This document shows positions 34,288-46,736 of a stretch of 64,000 nt of DNA, one piece after another. Every line of letters begins with the position of its first letter. Position 1 is the stretch's first letter. Source of the DNA: Macrostomum lignano (taxonomy: Eukaryota); assembly GCA_002269645.1 (NCBI GenBank), contig NIVC01003738.1, forward strand, positions 1 to 64,000, given 5' to 3'. Made by a program: the position numbers and the translations under genes. The notes beneath the pieces were generated by a model, which saw nothing but the letters and a program-made list of their open reading frames with translations, was not told the DNA's origin and did not search any database.

Positions 34288-35767
34288 CCAGCTAGCAGCC
34301 AAGCACTCGTGTTGCAGATGGCCAGTGGCTCGCAGCAGCTCCGGTCGGCTCGCCCGTGTCAGCGGTCGGAGCCTCGAGCCTCTCGCTGGAGCTGCAGCTG
34401 GAGGATCCGTGCCGCGCCAGCTGGGAGGCCTTCAACGGTAGCGACCGCTGGCGGAGTCTTGATGGCTCCAGCGGCACCGCCATGGTGAGTGAAAGAGGCA
34501 GCTGTTTGCATGCTGCACATTTTGCACATTCTGAGGAACTCAGACATTCTGAGCACTCCTCCTTCCAGCTGCCAGTGGCCTTCCTTCTGTTCAGCAGCTC
34601 CCAGCAGCTCCAGTGGAGCGCTCTCAATCTGCTAGGTGAGGTCCTTCAACTCAGTGCTTTGATTGCAGGTCGCTGAGTTCATTTCACCTCCGCATCCTCA
34701 GGCCGCACGGCCCCAATGCAGCTGAAGGAGACCAGAAACCCATTTTGCCTGAACTGCGAGCCCCTCACGTGGAGACCCGGAGATCGCATTGGCTTCTCAG
34801 TGAGCAGCTGCGGCTCCCAGACTCCGAGCTGCTCAGTTCGACCCGCGGATGGCAGCAGGCGAGAGGATGAGCTGGTGAGCGACTGGCCGGCCTTGACTGA
34901 CAGATTTTCCTCTTTGAGGCTGAGAGCTCAGGGCATTCTGTGATTTTCAGCTCAAGATCTCAAGACCGGGCAGTGATCGGATTCGAGTCACCCATTTTGA
35001 GTACCTTGTGGAGGAGACGGAAGTTCCGCGGACTCTGACCTGCTGGCAGGGGAACCCAGCGGCTCTGCAGATTGAGAGGGAAATCGCTGTGATATGCAAG
35101 TCTAGAGATTTGCGGGTGCAGCTGTCATTCAGGGCTCTGTACAGTTTTACACCTATAAATCCATTTGTATGCACTTTTAATTGTAGTTGTGAAGGGAAGC
35201 TTCACTCTATCGGTCTCTCCGGTGTGGGTCTCGGGCAGGAAGATTTTCTTAGAAGCCGAAGCGCAGCGATTCTTTCCGGAGCCCAGGATTCGGTGTTCGA
35301 TCAGGGCGGTAACGGAGCAGCCTTTGAAATTTGAGAGTCAGGTGAGGACAGGTGCACTGTCTTTGAGTGAGCGATACCGCTGACAGCACGAGTTGATCTA
35401 AAATCTGACCGCCACGCCACAACCCCAAGTTCCCAGTCACCGCGCCACCGCGTCACCGCGGCCTATCCTTACACAAAGCACACGTAAAATGCAGGTTCTG
35501 CATTCTATGTCGTTTAACTTTCAGAACCGGTCTGTAGTGAAGGACAATAAAAGCAGGGTTCTGCTGTCAGTTCGCTCAAGGTTCAGCTTTCACGCATCGC
35601 TCTCAATGCACGGAGGCCAGATTCTGTGCTGGGTTACTCTCACTGGGGATGAAGACTTGGTTGCTATGAAGTACATGTTAAATCACAGTCTAACTCAGAT
35701 TAGCGGTGAGAAATGCGCGAATTGAATTCAGACTTCCATATCTCAGTATTCTGTGTTACCTCTCCCA

Positions 35768-35900
35768 TCACCCCTCACCCAGTCACCCCTCACCCAGCCA
35801 CCCCTCACCCAGCCACCCCTCACCCAGTCACCCCTCACCCAGCCACCCCTCACCCAGCCACCACCCACCCAGCCACCACCCACCCAGCCGCCCCTCACAC
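35768..35900. repeat. 15-bp repeat in R2, ~9 copies
   Basis: Same unit as 16541. Confidence 0.9.
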
Positions 35901-36654
35901 AGCCACTCGCTCGCACTGCAGAGCCGTGCCAGACGGCCGTAGACCTGGGCTCGAGTCCGTACTGGCAGGTGGACCAAACCCGCCAGATCGCAGTGACCTC
36001 CAGCGCCTGCAGCATCTGGAATGTGAGCCACAGCTGCCGGCTGCTGCAGGCTGATGGCGCTTCACCCGTGCCGCTCCGCATAGTTGAAGTACGCTTGCAC
36101 TGAGACTGGCCAAAGTGCTCAGAGAAGTGCAGAGCCTCACCTGTCCCAATCTGCACCCTCATTCGCATTGCAGCAGAGCAGCTTCAGCAGCGTTCACCAG
36201 CTGCAGGTGAGCGGGTCGATGGCTCATCAGAACTGGTCCGTTCGCTGCAGCGTCAACCAGTCAGGTGTGGTGTATGATGAGGCTGAGAGTCTGGAGCAGC
36301 TGCGACCGCCGATTTTCTGTGAGTGCCGAACAGTGCATAAAGCGAGTCAGCTGTGAACGCTTTGCTTGAATGCGATTTCCAATTTCCCTGCAGATCCGGC
36401 AAGCATTCAGGTAGATGGCAGGATTGAGAGCTCGCGACTGCACCTGGCTGTGGCTGCCTCCGACGCTCGGCCTCCGTTGTCATCTGTTGTCTGCCAGATC
36501 GCAAATTTCACTGTGAGTGTTTGATGCGAGCCCGAAAGAGGGCCGAATAAGCGTGCATGACATTAGCGTGCAGATGCTTCTCTTTGCTATCATCTTTTCT
36601 TTTCAAAGTTAAAATGCTGTGATGAAAACGTAGTTTAAGTGTTTACGAGGCGTT

Positions 36655-37080
36655 GACTAGAGAACCCAGGTGATTGACTAGAGAACCCAAGTGATTGACT
36701 AGAGAACCCAGGTGATTGACTAGAGAACCCAGGTGATTGACTAGAGAACCCAGGTGATTGACTAGAGAACCCAAGTGATTGACTAGAGAACCCAGGTGAT
36801 TGACTAGAGAACCCAATTGATTGACTAGAGAACCCAGGTGATTGACTAGAGAACCCAGGTGATTGACTAGAGAACCCAGGTGATTGACTAGAGAACCCAA
36901 GTGATTGACTAGAGAACCCAAGTGATTGACTAGAGAACCCAGGTGATTGACTAGAGAACCCAGGTGATTGACTAGAGAACCCAAGTGATTGACTAGAGAA
37001 CCCAGGTGATTGACTAGAGAACACAGGTGATTGACTAGGGATCCCAGGTGATTGACTAGAGAACCCAGGTGATGGACTAG
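36655..37080. repeat. 21-bp tandem repeat, ~20 copies
   Basis: Unit GACTAGAGAACCCAGGTGATT. Confidence 0.95.
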
Positions 37081-37799
37081 CACCCTTCTTACCCAGCCTT
37101 ATTTAACCTAATATTTTAGACTAGTCTGATTCTAGCAAGACTTGAACCGGCCAGGGAGAACTGCACTGACTTGACGGGAAAGCTGTAGCATAGGCCTGTG
37201 TCTTATTGTTCTAACTTAAAGCCGTAGTTTTCAGATGCGCACTTGCGCCAGACTCGTGTGTTTGAGATGTGCGCTTGCGTCGTGAGCGCCAATGTAATCT
37301 ATTGGTGGGGCAATGAGTGCAGGATTGAAACCCCATCGCATCTGCTCCCCAGCCAGCCCCTGTAGGACAATGAGGAGAAATGTGAATATTGAACTCGATG
37401 TCAACTTGAGCACCGGAATGGAACCAACCGCTCAGCTGTGGACCAAGCTGACTCATTGAACTAAATTCAAAGTCAAATCTCAATAACTGTCCTCATTTCC
37501 AGAGTGTTGAGCTGACGCGGATGCAAAACAGCCACACCTGGCAGGCAAATGGCAGCATTACACTACCAGCATGTGCATCGCTGAATAACGAATTGAATTT
37601 TCTCATCAACTGCACTGCTCAGCAGGACTTCAATGGCTCGACGATTTTTCAAACAAGCGAACAGGTCTTTCGTAACTGCCCCCCAAAGGAAACAGGTAAC
37701 TCATTCTTCCTAACATCAAGTGATTTTTTCCCGACATTTTGTAACCACTGTTGCATGTTCAAAACTGTATACTTAGATGTAACTGCTCAGTTGCGGGAG

Positions 37800-40700
37800 A
37801 TATTGGGAGGTAGATTAGTAGCATTGATTTTCTTTCCAATTCCACTGCGTGATTTAATGTACGTACGTGTTTATTATTCAATTTTCTATGTACGCTGATT
37901 TAGCCCAGGCCCATCTCACCCACCCCCCTCCACGCTGGCTGATTCTGACTGACTGCAATATATATATCATCGAGAGGGCTTATTAGCCCTGTGTACGGTT
38001 TACGCTTTTCGTTTTGTTAGCGTCCCGCTTGAGCCTCAGCTCCAAAATAGTTTGGCGGACCATCGGTCTTTTCATTTCTACAGTACATTTTGGTAGCACT
38101 AAATTGGACAAGCCTAAATTACCACTGACGTGGCAAGCAATAGAATCCTACTGTGAAACGAAGGACCAAGATGGACAGTGACGACGCCAATGAACAACAA
38201 CAGGAAGCCCAAGACGATGCCGGCGCGCTGCGTTTAGAGAAGCTGCGCTTCGAGAAATCCCGAAAAAAAGCAGCGTTCACTCGTTGCAAAAACAAGCTGT
38301 CTTGGCTGCTAAAGACGCGCGCCTCTGATGACGAAGTGCAAGCTACCTGCGATGCTCTATCCGACCTGCAGGACCTGGTCAGCGCCATCCAGGAAGAACT
38401 GCATCAAGGCTACGCCGACGCCAAGGACAACGAGAGGCGACAGCGCCTACTAGAAGAGATGGAGGAGACTGAGCGCGACTACCAAGCTGCCATTCAGCGC
38501 GTCGAAAGTTCCAGAAACCGGGGATTGCAGCGCGCCCAAGAAGCCCCTCCTGCCGCGAGTTCAAGCGGTGAGAACGCTGCGGGTGACCAAGAAGAAGCAG
38601 CTGGTGAGTTAGACAAACTTTCTGGCAGTGCTGCGTCCAGCAAAGGATCCAACCCGAAGGAGCTTTCAAAGGATTTGTGGAAGATGCTGAAGCGTGTTGA
38701 AATCCCAACATTTAGTGGAGAAAAGCAGAAGTATGAAAACTGGAAGGCAGCCTTTGTTGCGTGCATCGACAGCGCCCCTGCAACACCAGAATTCAAGTTG
38801 CTGCAGCTTAGGCAGTACCTCGGCGGTGAAGCTTTGAAGGTTATAGAACATCTAGGACACTCCGCTGCTGCATATGAGGCTGCAAAAGAGAGACTAGAGA
38901 GAGAATTTGGTGGACAGCGTAGACAACTTGCTCTGCACTTGTAAGAGCTGGACAGCTTCCCGATCGTGCGAAATGGAAACGCCAAGGATCTGAAAAGCTT
39001 TGCTAATCTACTGGATGTGGCTGTCGTTAACCTTGAGGATGCGGGTAAAGAGGCAGAGCTTCAAGATGGGATGTTGTATGTGAGGTTGCAGAAAAAGTTG
39101 CCTGAGCAGATGGTTGCCAGCTACCGGAGGTGGATCTTTGAGCAGCGGAAGCCGGAGAGTGTTAGAAATCTGAGAATTTGGGTGCTGCAAGAAGCAGAGT
39201 TTCAGACTGAAGCGTCAGAGATTGTGCAGGGCGTTGCCACCATGCAGCAGGAGCGTCAAAAGCGAGAGCAGCGACCAAAGACTTTCGTTACTACGGACAG
39301 TGACAAGAAGGTACAGCGAAAGATTTGCATTGTTTGTCAAGGTGATCACGAGCTGTGGTCCTGCAGTGAGTTCAAGGAGCTTCCGGTGGAAAAACGCTGG
39401 GACGCGGCGCAGAGCTCGAAGTGTTGTTTCCGGTGCTTGGGCCAAGGACATCTTGGCAGCCAATGTCGGCGCGGTCGTCGGTGCGGCATCAACAGCTGCA
39501 TAAAGTTCCACCATCGCTTGCTTCATGCAGAAAAAGCGTTGGCCAAGTCTGGTGAAGCGAAGCAGACTGCATCCAAGGACGCTAAATCCGCTTCTAGTTC
39601 AGGAAAGACTGGACCGGTGACGCTTCTGTCGGCTGGTGAAACGGCAATCTCGTTACGAACGGTGCCTGTAGTCTTACGGAACGGGTCCCGGAAGCTGAAG
39701 GTGAACGCCTTGCTCGACGATGCCAGTACCAGGAGCTACATCAACATCGGGATAGCAGAAGCGCTTGGAGCGCATGGAGTGCTCGAAAAGGTGAAAGTCG
39801 GAGTCATCAATGGCCAAACAGAGACCTTCATGACAGCCCCAGTCTGCTTTAGCTTGGAAAGTCTGGATGGTCAGACCAGCTCAATGATCGTCGCCTTCAC
39901 CGCTGATCACGTGACCGGGTCCCTCAAAGGCGTCGACTGGCACGAAGAAGCGCAGCAGTGGCCTCATCTGAGAAATGTGCCGTTTCCGAAGCTGTGTGAG
40001 CCTGCAGTAGTGGACTTGCTGATTGGTGCTGATCACCCGGATCTTCACGTGTCCTCAAGGAAATCGCCGGACAGCCGCTGGAGCCAAAGGCGCGCCTGAC
40101 TCCCCTGGGTTGGACGTGCATCGGTCGCACAGAGCAGGACAATTCTGAGATGCAGAACGCCCATTTTGCTGCCACTTTCTTCAGCTGCGATTCCGAATCT
40201 GGTCAGGTGGCTAAGATCCTGCGGCAGTTTTGGGAGATCGAGAACGTATCAGAAGGTGCCAATCGAAGTCCGCTGACCGCCGATGAGGAGAGAGCCGTCC
40301 AGCAAGCCAAGTCGTCGCTAAAGTACACGAAGGGCCGTTACCAGATCGGGATTCCATGGAAAAAGGATCGGCTGGCTCCAGCAGGCACTTTCTCAATGGC
40401 CTTGAAGCGACTAAAGAACACCGAACAGCGGCTGATTAAGGATATGAACGTCTGCAAGCAGTATCAGGAGATCCTTGAAAAGTATGAACAGCAAGGTTAT
40501 ATCCGAAAAGTGTCGCAAGCTGAGACTGAAGGCCGCTGTTTCCTGCCGCACTTCTCAGTGCTGCGGCCAGACAAGGCTACAACAAAAGTGCGGATAGTCT
40601 TTGATGCATCGGCTGCCAGATTGAACGACCAGATCCTCCAGGGCCCCAAACTGCAGAGGGATTTGGTTGACGTGCTGCTTCGGTTCCGCCGACACCCGAT

Positions 40701-42847
40701 TGCGATCGCATGCGACGTAGCGGAAATGTATCTCCAGATCGAAATGGACCCGAAGGACAGGCCGCTGCACAGTTTCCTTTGGCGGGACGCCGATACTTCA
40801 AAGCAACCGGATGTCTACGAGTTCAACAGAGTGGTGTTCGGCGTCACCAGCTCTCCTTTCTTGGCACAGTTCGTTACCCGCTGCCATGCTGAAAAGTTAA
40901 AAGGTGAGCTTCCAGAGGCGGCCGAGACAGTACTGCACTCTACTTATATGGATGACAGCCTGGACTCTGCGCCCACCGAGGCAGCCGCCTGCAGGCTGTA
41001 CGATCAACTCAGTGAGCTCTGGAGGCGCGCCGGCATGCACGCGCGCAAGTGGGTCTCGAACTCGAGAGCTGTGCTCGATAGAATCCCACCTGAAGACCGT
41101 GCAGCCGAAGTTACCTTGGACAGCAAAGAACTACCAAGCACCAAGACACTGGGTGTCACGTGGCAGAGTGAGCAGGACGAATTTACTTTTAAAGACGAAA
41201 ACGAGTCGTATCAGGTGACCACAAGAAGGAGTTTGCTGACAAAGCTAGCGAGTGTCTTTGATCCACTTGGATTGATCTCCCCGTTTGTCGTGCAGGCGAA
41301 GATTCTGATGCAGGAGCTTTGGCAGTCAATCTGGTCAATTCTGAGGGAGACGGACGTCACCGATGAGGAGCTGCTAAGCGCGTTTGCTGGAGTGGAGGCA
41401 CTTCTTAATTCAAGGCCGCTGACGTACCAGACAGCGCATCCGGCTGATGATGTGCCGCTGACGCCGAATCACTTCCTCATCGGGCAAGTCGGCGGGAAGT
41501 TTGCACCGAAGGTCGACGCTGCCATCGCCCGCAGTCCTTCAAGAAGATGGCGTCACGTCCAGCAGCTGGTGTCGCAGATCTGGCGCCGGTGGTTGCGCGA
41601 GTGGCTGCCGGGACTCGCACCGCGGAGCAAGTGGCGCCGCGAGCTGCCTGACCTACAACCTGGAGACGTGGCGCTGCTGGTGAGCCCGGACTCGCCTCGG
41701 GGTCACTGGCCGCTGGCTCGCGTGCTGGACGTCATGCGCGGTCCTGACGGGCACGTGAGAGTCGCCACAATCAGAGTCGGTGATCGCACAATGACGAGAC
41801 CAATATCAAAGTTGTGTCCAATATCGTCAGGTTAGTTTGCAAACTTTTGTTAGAGAATTAGTCTTTGTCTGGTTTTTGCAATTTTTCTGATGAGTTGTTC
41901 AATTTTCCTGCTTGTTGCATTGTTCGTAACGTCTTCTTTCCCTTTCATGCTAATAGGAATCACCCTGTTTTTGCCGTCTTAACCCAATTTTCGTTTTCAG
42001 TGTTCAACGCGATAAACATTCATTATTTAGCTATTTATTTTCTTGCGTGAATTTTGCTGAACAGCAGTCGTTACGGTTTAGTGAATTTGTCGGCAAGTTT
42101 GTCTTTTGCGTTTTTTGAGTTTTTTACGAGCGATATTTGCATTCTTTGAGCTCTACTTAACATTGCTTGATTTTGTTCGCTTAGAAGTACCATAGTTTCT
42201 GCGCTAGTTACGACCTTTTGATAGCCCAATGCTTATAATTTTTTGCTTCAGTTTTTATTTCAGTTGCGGTTGGTGGTGGCGGTAATTTGCGTTAGTATTT
42301 AATTTTGAAATTTTACTTGACAGCTGACGTACTCTTGCAAAATTTTCGATTGTCATCTACGATCTGCGTACTTATTGTCATCTAATTTTCTACCCGTCAC
42401 AATGTCACCATTATTTTTCATGCAACGTTGTTTTTTTTTGCTTTTTGAGTTTGATTTTACATCACGCATCGTTTTCGAATATTTTCCTATTACCGAATTC
42501 GTTTTCATTGTTTCATCCCTCGAATAGTTTTTGTCATTGTCATGCCAAGGTGGGGGGTATGTTTGGGAGGTAGATTAGTAGCATTGATTTTCTTTCCAAT
42601 TCCACTGCGTGATTTAATGTACGTACGTGTTTATTATTCAATTTTCTATGTACGCTGATTTAGCCCAGGCCCATCTCACCCACCCCCCTCCACGCTGGCT
42701 GATTCTGACTGACTGCAATATATATATCATCGAGAGGGCTTATTAGCCCTGTGTACGGTTTACGCTTTTCGTTTTGTTAGCGTCCCGCTTGAGCCTCAGC
42801 TCCAAAATAGTTTGGCGGACCATCGGTCTTTTCATTTCTACAGTACA
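37800..42847 (+). mobile_element. BEL/Pao LTR retrotransposon, internally deleted
   Basis: 288-bp LTRs at 37800-38087 and 42560-42847, identical except the first few bases. PBS-like TTTGGTAGC; G-rich PPT before the 3' LTR. No clean TSD. Confidence 0.92.
38153..41835 (+). pseudogene. BEL/Pao gag-pol remnant (stop at 38942, frameshift ~40065, RNase H/integrase-core deletion ~41325)
   Basis: Gag EIPTFSGE..YENW, Cys/His knuckles, protease LLDDASTRSYI, RT RIVFDAS..YMDD, then QELWQ fused to EELL..VEALLNSRPL and the C-terminal WRRWLREWL domain. Confidence 0.92.
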
Positions 42848-43002
42848 TGAGGCATCGACAGAGCTGAGCAATATCAACAGCTTTGAGTGGTACGGTTTAC
42901 TGAAACTGAGATGGAACCGCTCATCTGTGAACGTCTGCTGCTCCAGTTACCAAACCTGCACTGGATTGACCGTCTTTAAGTCTCTGCAGTGCAAATCTTT
43001 AA

Positions 43003-45264
43003 AACAGTAGAAAGACCATGGGGAGTGTAGTTCAAATACACACAGTTTCCGTTGTCTGGATTTCCAAAAATATTTAACCAATTGCCATGACAATCCAGAA
43101 TGAACGATGAAGCAACTTCATTCATTCAGAGAATCACGAAAAATCGGCATCGTCGAGATATTCAGCGATTCTCCTCTGGGTGTCTGGTGGCAAAAACCAC
43201 CAACATTGGCAAAATTTTTCTGCTCACGAAATCTAACCATGAAACCACGTCGGCTCACCAAACTATGCATATCAGTCGCAGGGGCTTTTGCTCTCAGCAC
43301 TCCAGGCACCAGGGTCCCCTTCATCACCGTCTGGAGCATCGGCGGCGACCGTCGGGACCTTCAACAAAAGCACCCGATCGGCATCTCAGAGACGGCTGCG
43401 TTCCCAAAACTGAAAAGGAAGAATCCTCTTCTGCATGCAGCATTCAGTCAGTAGACATAATCGGTGAATAAAATAGACGATGGCGACCCTCTAGGCTTAC
43501 CTGCAGACATACAGGCGACCTTCGGGACCTTCAACGGAGTGCCAACACGCGGCCTTGACGAGCTGGCACCGCCAACATAGTGATTTTTCTATCAAGGCAC
43601 CAGACCAGGCATGTCTGCGTATTATACAATGGTCCTGCACCATGTTCAGCATTCAGCTCTGTCTGGACGACCTTCGGGACCTTCAACGGAGTGCCACCAC
43701 GCGGCCCTGACGAGCTGGCACCGCCAACATCGTGATTTTTCGATCAAGGCACCAGACCAGACAATGCTTTTTCACCATGTTAAATTCGAAACTGCCTAAA
43801 ATCGCCAGCGGACTGCCGCAACGGACAAGCTCTACGGCATCCGACGCCTGTGGGACACCTTTGTCAGTCAGCTGCGCCATCCTGTTCTTTCCGGGCCGTA
43901 CCTCTGCGTCGACGAAAGTCTGGTTGTTTACTGGGGTGTGGACTGTGACTTCACGGTATTTCTGAAGGAGAAGCCCGGTCGCAATGCTGCCAAGCTGTTC
44001 CTGCTGACATCGGCTGGGAATCCAGAGATTCAGGATGACATGGACATCCGCTATGTGTTCAATGTGGAAATCTGCACTGGCAAAGGAACACTGCTGTCCA
44101 CTACTTTTGCATCACAGGAATCCGATGCTCGGCTGGCCAAGGGCTCAGAGGTGTGGAGTGGTGAGCAGGTTCTTTGCCGCTTGGCTGATCCATTCAGAGG
44201 ACACTGGTGCAACATCACATGTGACAGATTCTTCTCGAGTCCTGCGCTGGCCAATCTCTTGTACCGAGAAATGGGATTCACGTTTCTTGGAACAGTGATG
44301 CGCACTCATGGTGGTCTGCCACCCGATCTCAAGAATTCAACTCAAAGCATGGCACCACACACGAGCGAATTCCGGTTTGTTTTCTGAGGAGCTCACGTGC
44401 GTGTCCTACTGCCCCAAGGCGGGCCGAACCGTGATGTTGCTGTCCACCATGCATCACGACAGACAATTTCTTCCCAATGGCAAGCCTGTAGCAATAGGCA
44501 CGTACCAAGAGTTGGAGGTGCCAGCTTGTCAGGGCCGCGTGGTGCCACTCCGTTGAAGGTCCCGAAGGTCGTCCAGACAGAGCTGAATTCTGAACATGGT
44601 GCAGGACCATTGTATAATATGCAGACATGCCTGGTCTGGTGCCTTGATAGAAAAATCACGATATTGGCGGTGCCAGCTCGTCAGGGCCGCGTGTTGGCAC
44701 TCCGTTGAAGGTCCCGAAAGCCTAGAGGTCCCGGTAAGCCTAGAGGGTCGCCATCGTCTATTTCATTCACCGATTATGTCTACTGACTGAATGCTGTATG
44801 CAGAAGAGTATTCTTCCATTTCAGTTTTGGGAACGCAGCCGTCTCTGAGATGCCGATCGGGTGCTTTTGTTGAAGGTCCCGACGGTCGCCGCCGATGCTC
44901 CAGACGGTGATGAAGGGGACCCTGGTGCCTGGGATGCTGAGAACAAAGGCCTGTACGACAGATGGATCCAGATTATTGAGCCAATATGGATTCACCATAA
45001 AGGTTTATACAGTGTACTGTTGGTTGTCCTTGCCACCAGTGTCTTCGACAAGTATCGTTGAATATCTCGACGATGCTGACGTCGGATGACTTTGAAAGTT
45101 AGTTCGTCGAAAAGGGCGGAAAATTTTGATCCATGTGGTGGACTTTTACGAAAATCGGTAATTCGGTTTGCGAGCTATCGTGAAATGGGTTGTGTGTATT
45201 GGTACGAGCTACACCCCCGTGGTCTTTCCCCATGGGGAAAATAGCGTGGTATTTCTACTGTTAA
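43003..45264 (+). mobile_element. piggyBac-derived non-autonomous fold-back element
   Basis: TTAA-flanked, terminal CAGTAGAAA(G/T)ACCA inverted repeat. Long internal inverted arms ~43284-43727 / 44518-44950. Central transposase remnant LCVDESL..CDRFFSS..LGTVM..LLSTMH (~43810-44500). Confidence 0.82.
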
Positions 45265-46736
45265 ACCAACAGCCAGTTGGTAAAGATGGTGAGTAGTTGT
45301 TTGTGGTTAGTAATTCACAGTCATCGGGATTAAAAATGAGCAGCATTTGATCGGCTTCTATTAAGAGAACGTCCTAGCTCTGTTGGTAGCCAGCCTTTGG
45401 TGATTTTCTAAGAAACGGAGTGTCCTGTCCCTCTGCCATAGTCGTCTTTGACAGGAAATTCTCAACTGGAAAGATTGGTAGACTGTAGCTGAGATATGTT
45501 TTATTAACATGGCCTAATTCACGACATGTTTCGTTTTAAAGTTGTAGCTCAGTGGGACGATCGCTCGGCAAGGTTTTTCTCGCTTCTATTGGCTTCTATA
45601 CTGGCTTCACTAGTTGTGGGCTTCCTTCTGTCTATAATATACCACAAATCTGGTATGCTTTTTACCTGCGAGAGAAATCCGGTGAGTCATATTTAAGTCA
45701 TTTCAAAATTCAATTTAAAATCTGCCAGAAAGTGTTTCACGTCATTATTTCGTACCATTTACGGTGCTGTGTTCATGCATACTCCATAGATCAAAGTTCA
45801 TCATGCATATTTTCTTAATGCTTCGACTATGAAATTGCGATTTTTAATTTATCCTTTATACATGGAATGAATCCTGTACGCTTGCAAAATTTCAGCCACA
45901 GAGAGGTCACACTGGACTGCGAAGTCAGCACAATGCAGGTCAGGCCGTCCCAATGCGAATACGGAACAACTTCGCAGTGCAAAATGACTCACACGGCAGC
46001 AGTGAATACGACTATCCAACAACCGAGCAGCCAGGAAGCTGCCAAAATGAACAGTTGGGTCAAGAAGGTGCCTACACACAGGTGCTGCTGGTTCCTTTAC
46101 AACAGGGATCACTGAATGAAGGTCGGGTTTACGTCAACCAGACTGAAAATGCTACTTGAGTCAGTTGAGCATTTAAGTAAGAACTTGAGAGGCTGTGAGA
46201 TAGATTTTGACATTGTTGCTTGCCAAGTGCACCATTGTCCAATATTCAGTCATGTGACCCATAATGAAACACTTCAAACCGATTCTGACTTTGCAACAAG
46301 TCGGTACTGCTATGCTTAATGATGCGACAATACTGATCACTTTGTGCACTATTTACTAGCTCTGATTTGTAGCTCTTTTTTTAGAAAAAAAGTGATGTCA
46401 ACTGAGGCCTCGGAGTTTGGAATTGAGAGACGAGGAATCGATATACGCTCGTATAATCTAATTGTGGTAAAACGAGTGTTAATGCCACGTTTTCTGCTTT
46501 TATGCGTCTTGTCCATATATATGCATGGCTGCTGACTGCATAACTTCGAAGAGTGTCTTCAATAACTAGAAAGCAATTCGGAATTCAGTGATCACTTACT
46601 GGTGCCAGCTCCTCTACTTTGTCGGGCAGGTCCGTAGAGCTTGTTTCCTCAATATGGTCTTCCTCCGGAGTTGTCTTCTTGAATTATAAAGTCGGCCGAG
46701 TATGAGAGCGTAACAGTTTAATCCGTCGACGTCGAT

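Larger units (their letters stand above)
33677..45288 (+). pseudogene. R2: receptor paralogue with a divergent signal exon; exon 13 disrupted by BEL and piggyBac-derived insertions
   Basis: Exon 1 33677-33770 (MKDFYKLLQLLLLC..DCS). Exons 2-12 (33860-37695) closely match R1/R3. Exon 13 is in pieces at 37777-37801, 42848-43002 and 45265-45288. TM and tail exons not found. Confidence 0.7.

Noticed and set aside
45289-46535. Possible downstream R2 exons (TM, tail; LPSVYNI; VTLDCEVS)
   Set aside because: Could not build a phase-consistent, stop-free chain; needs transcript data.
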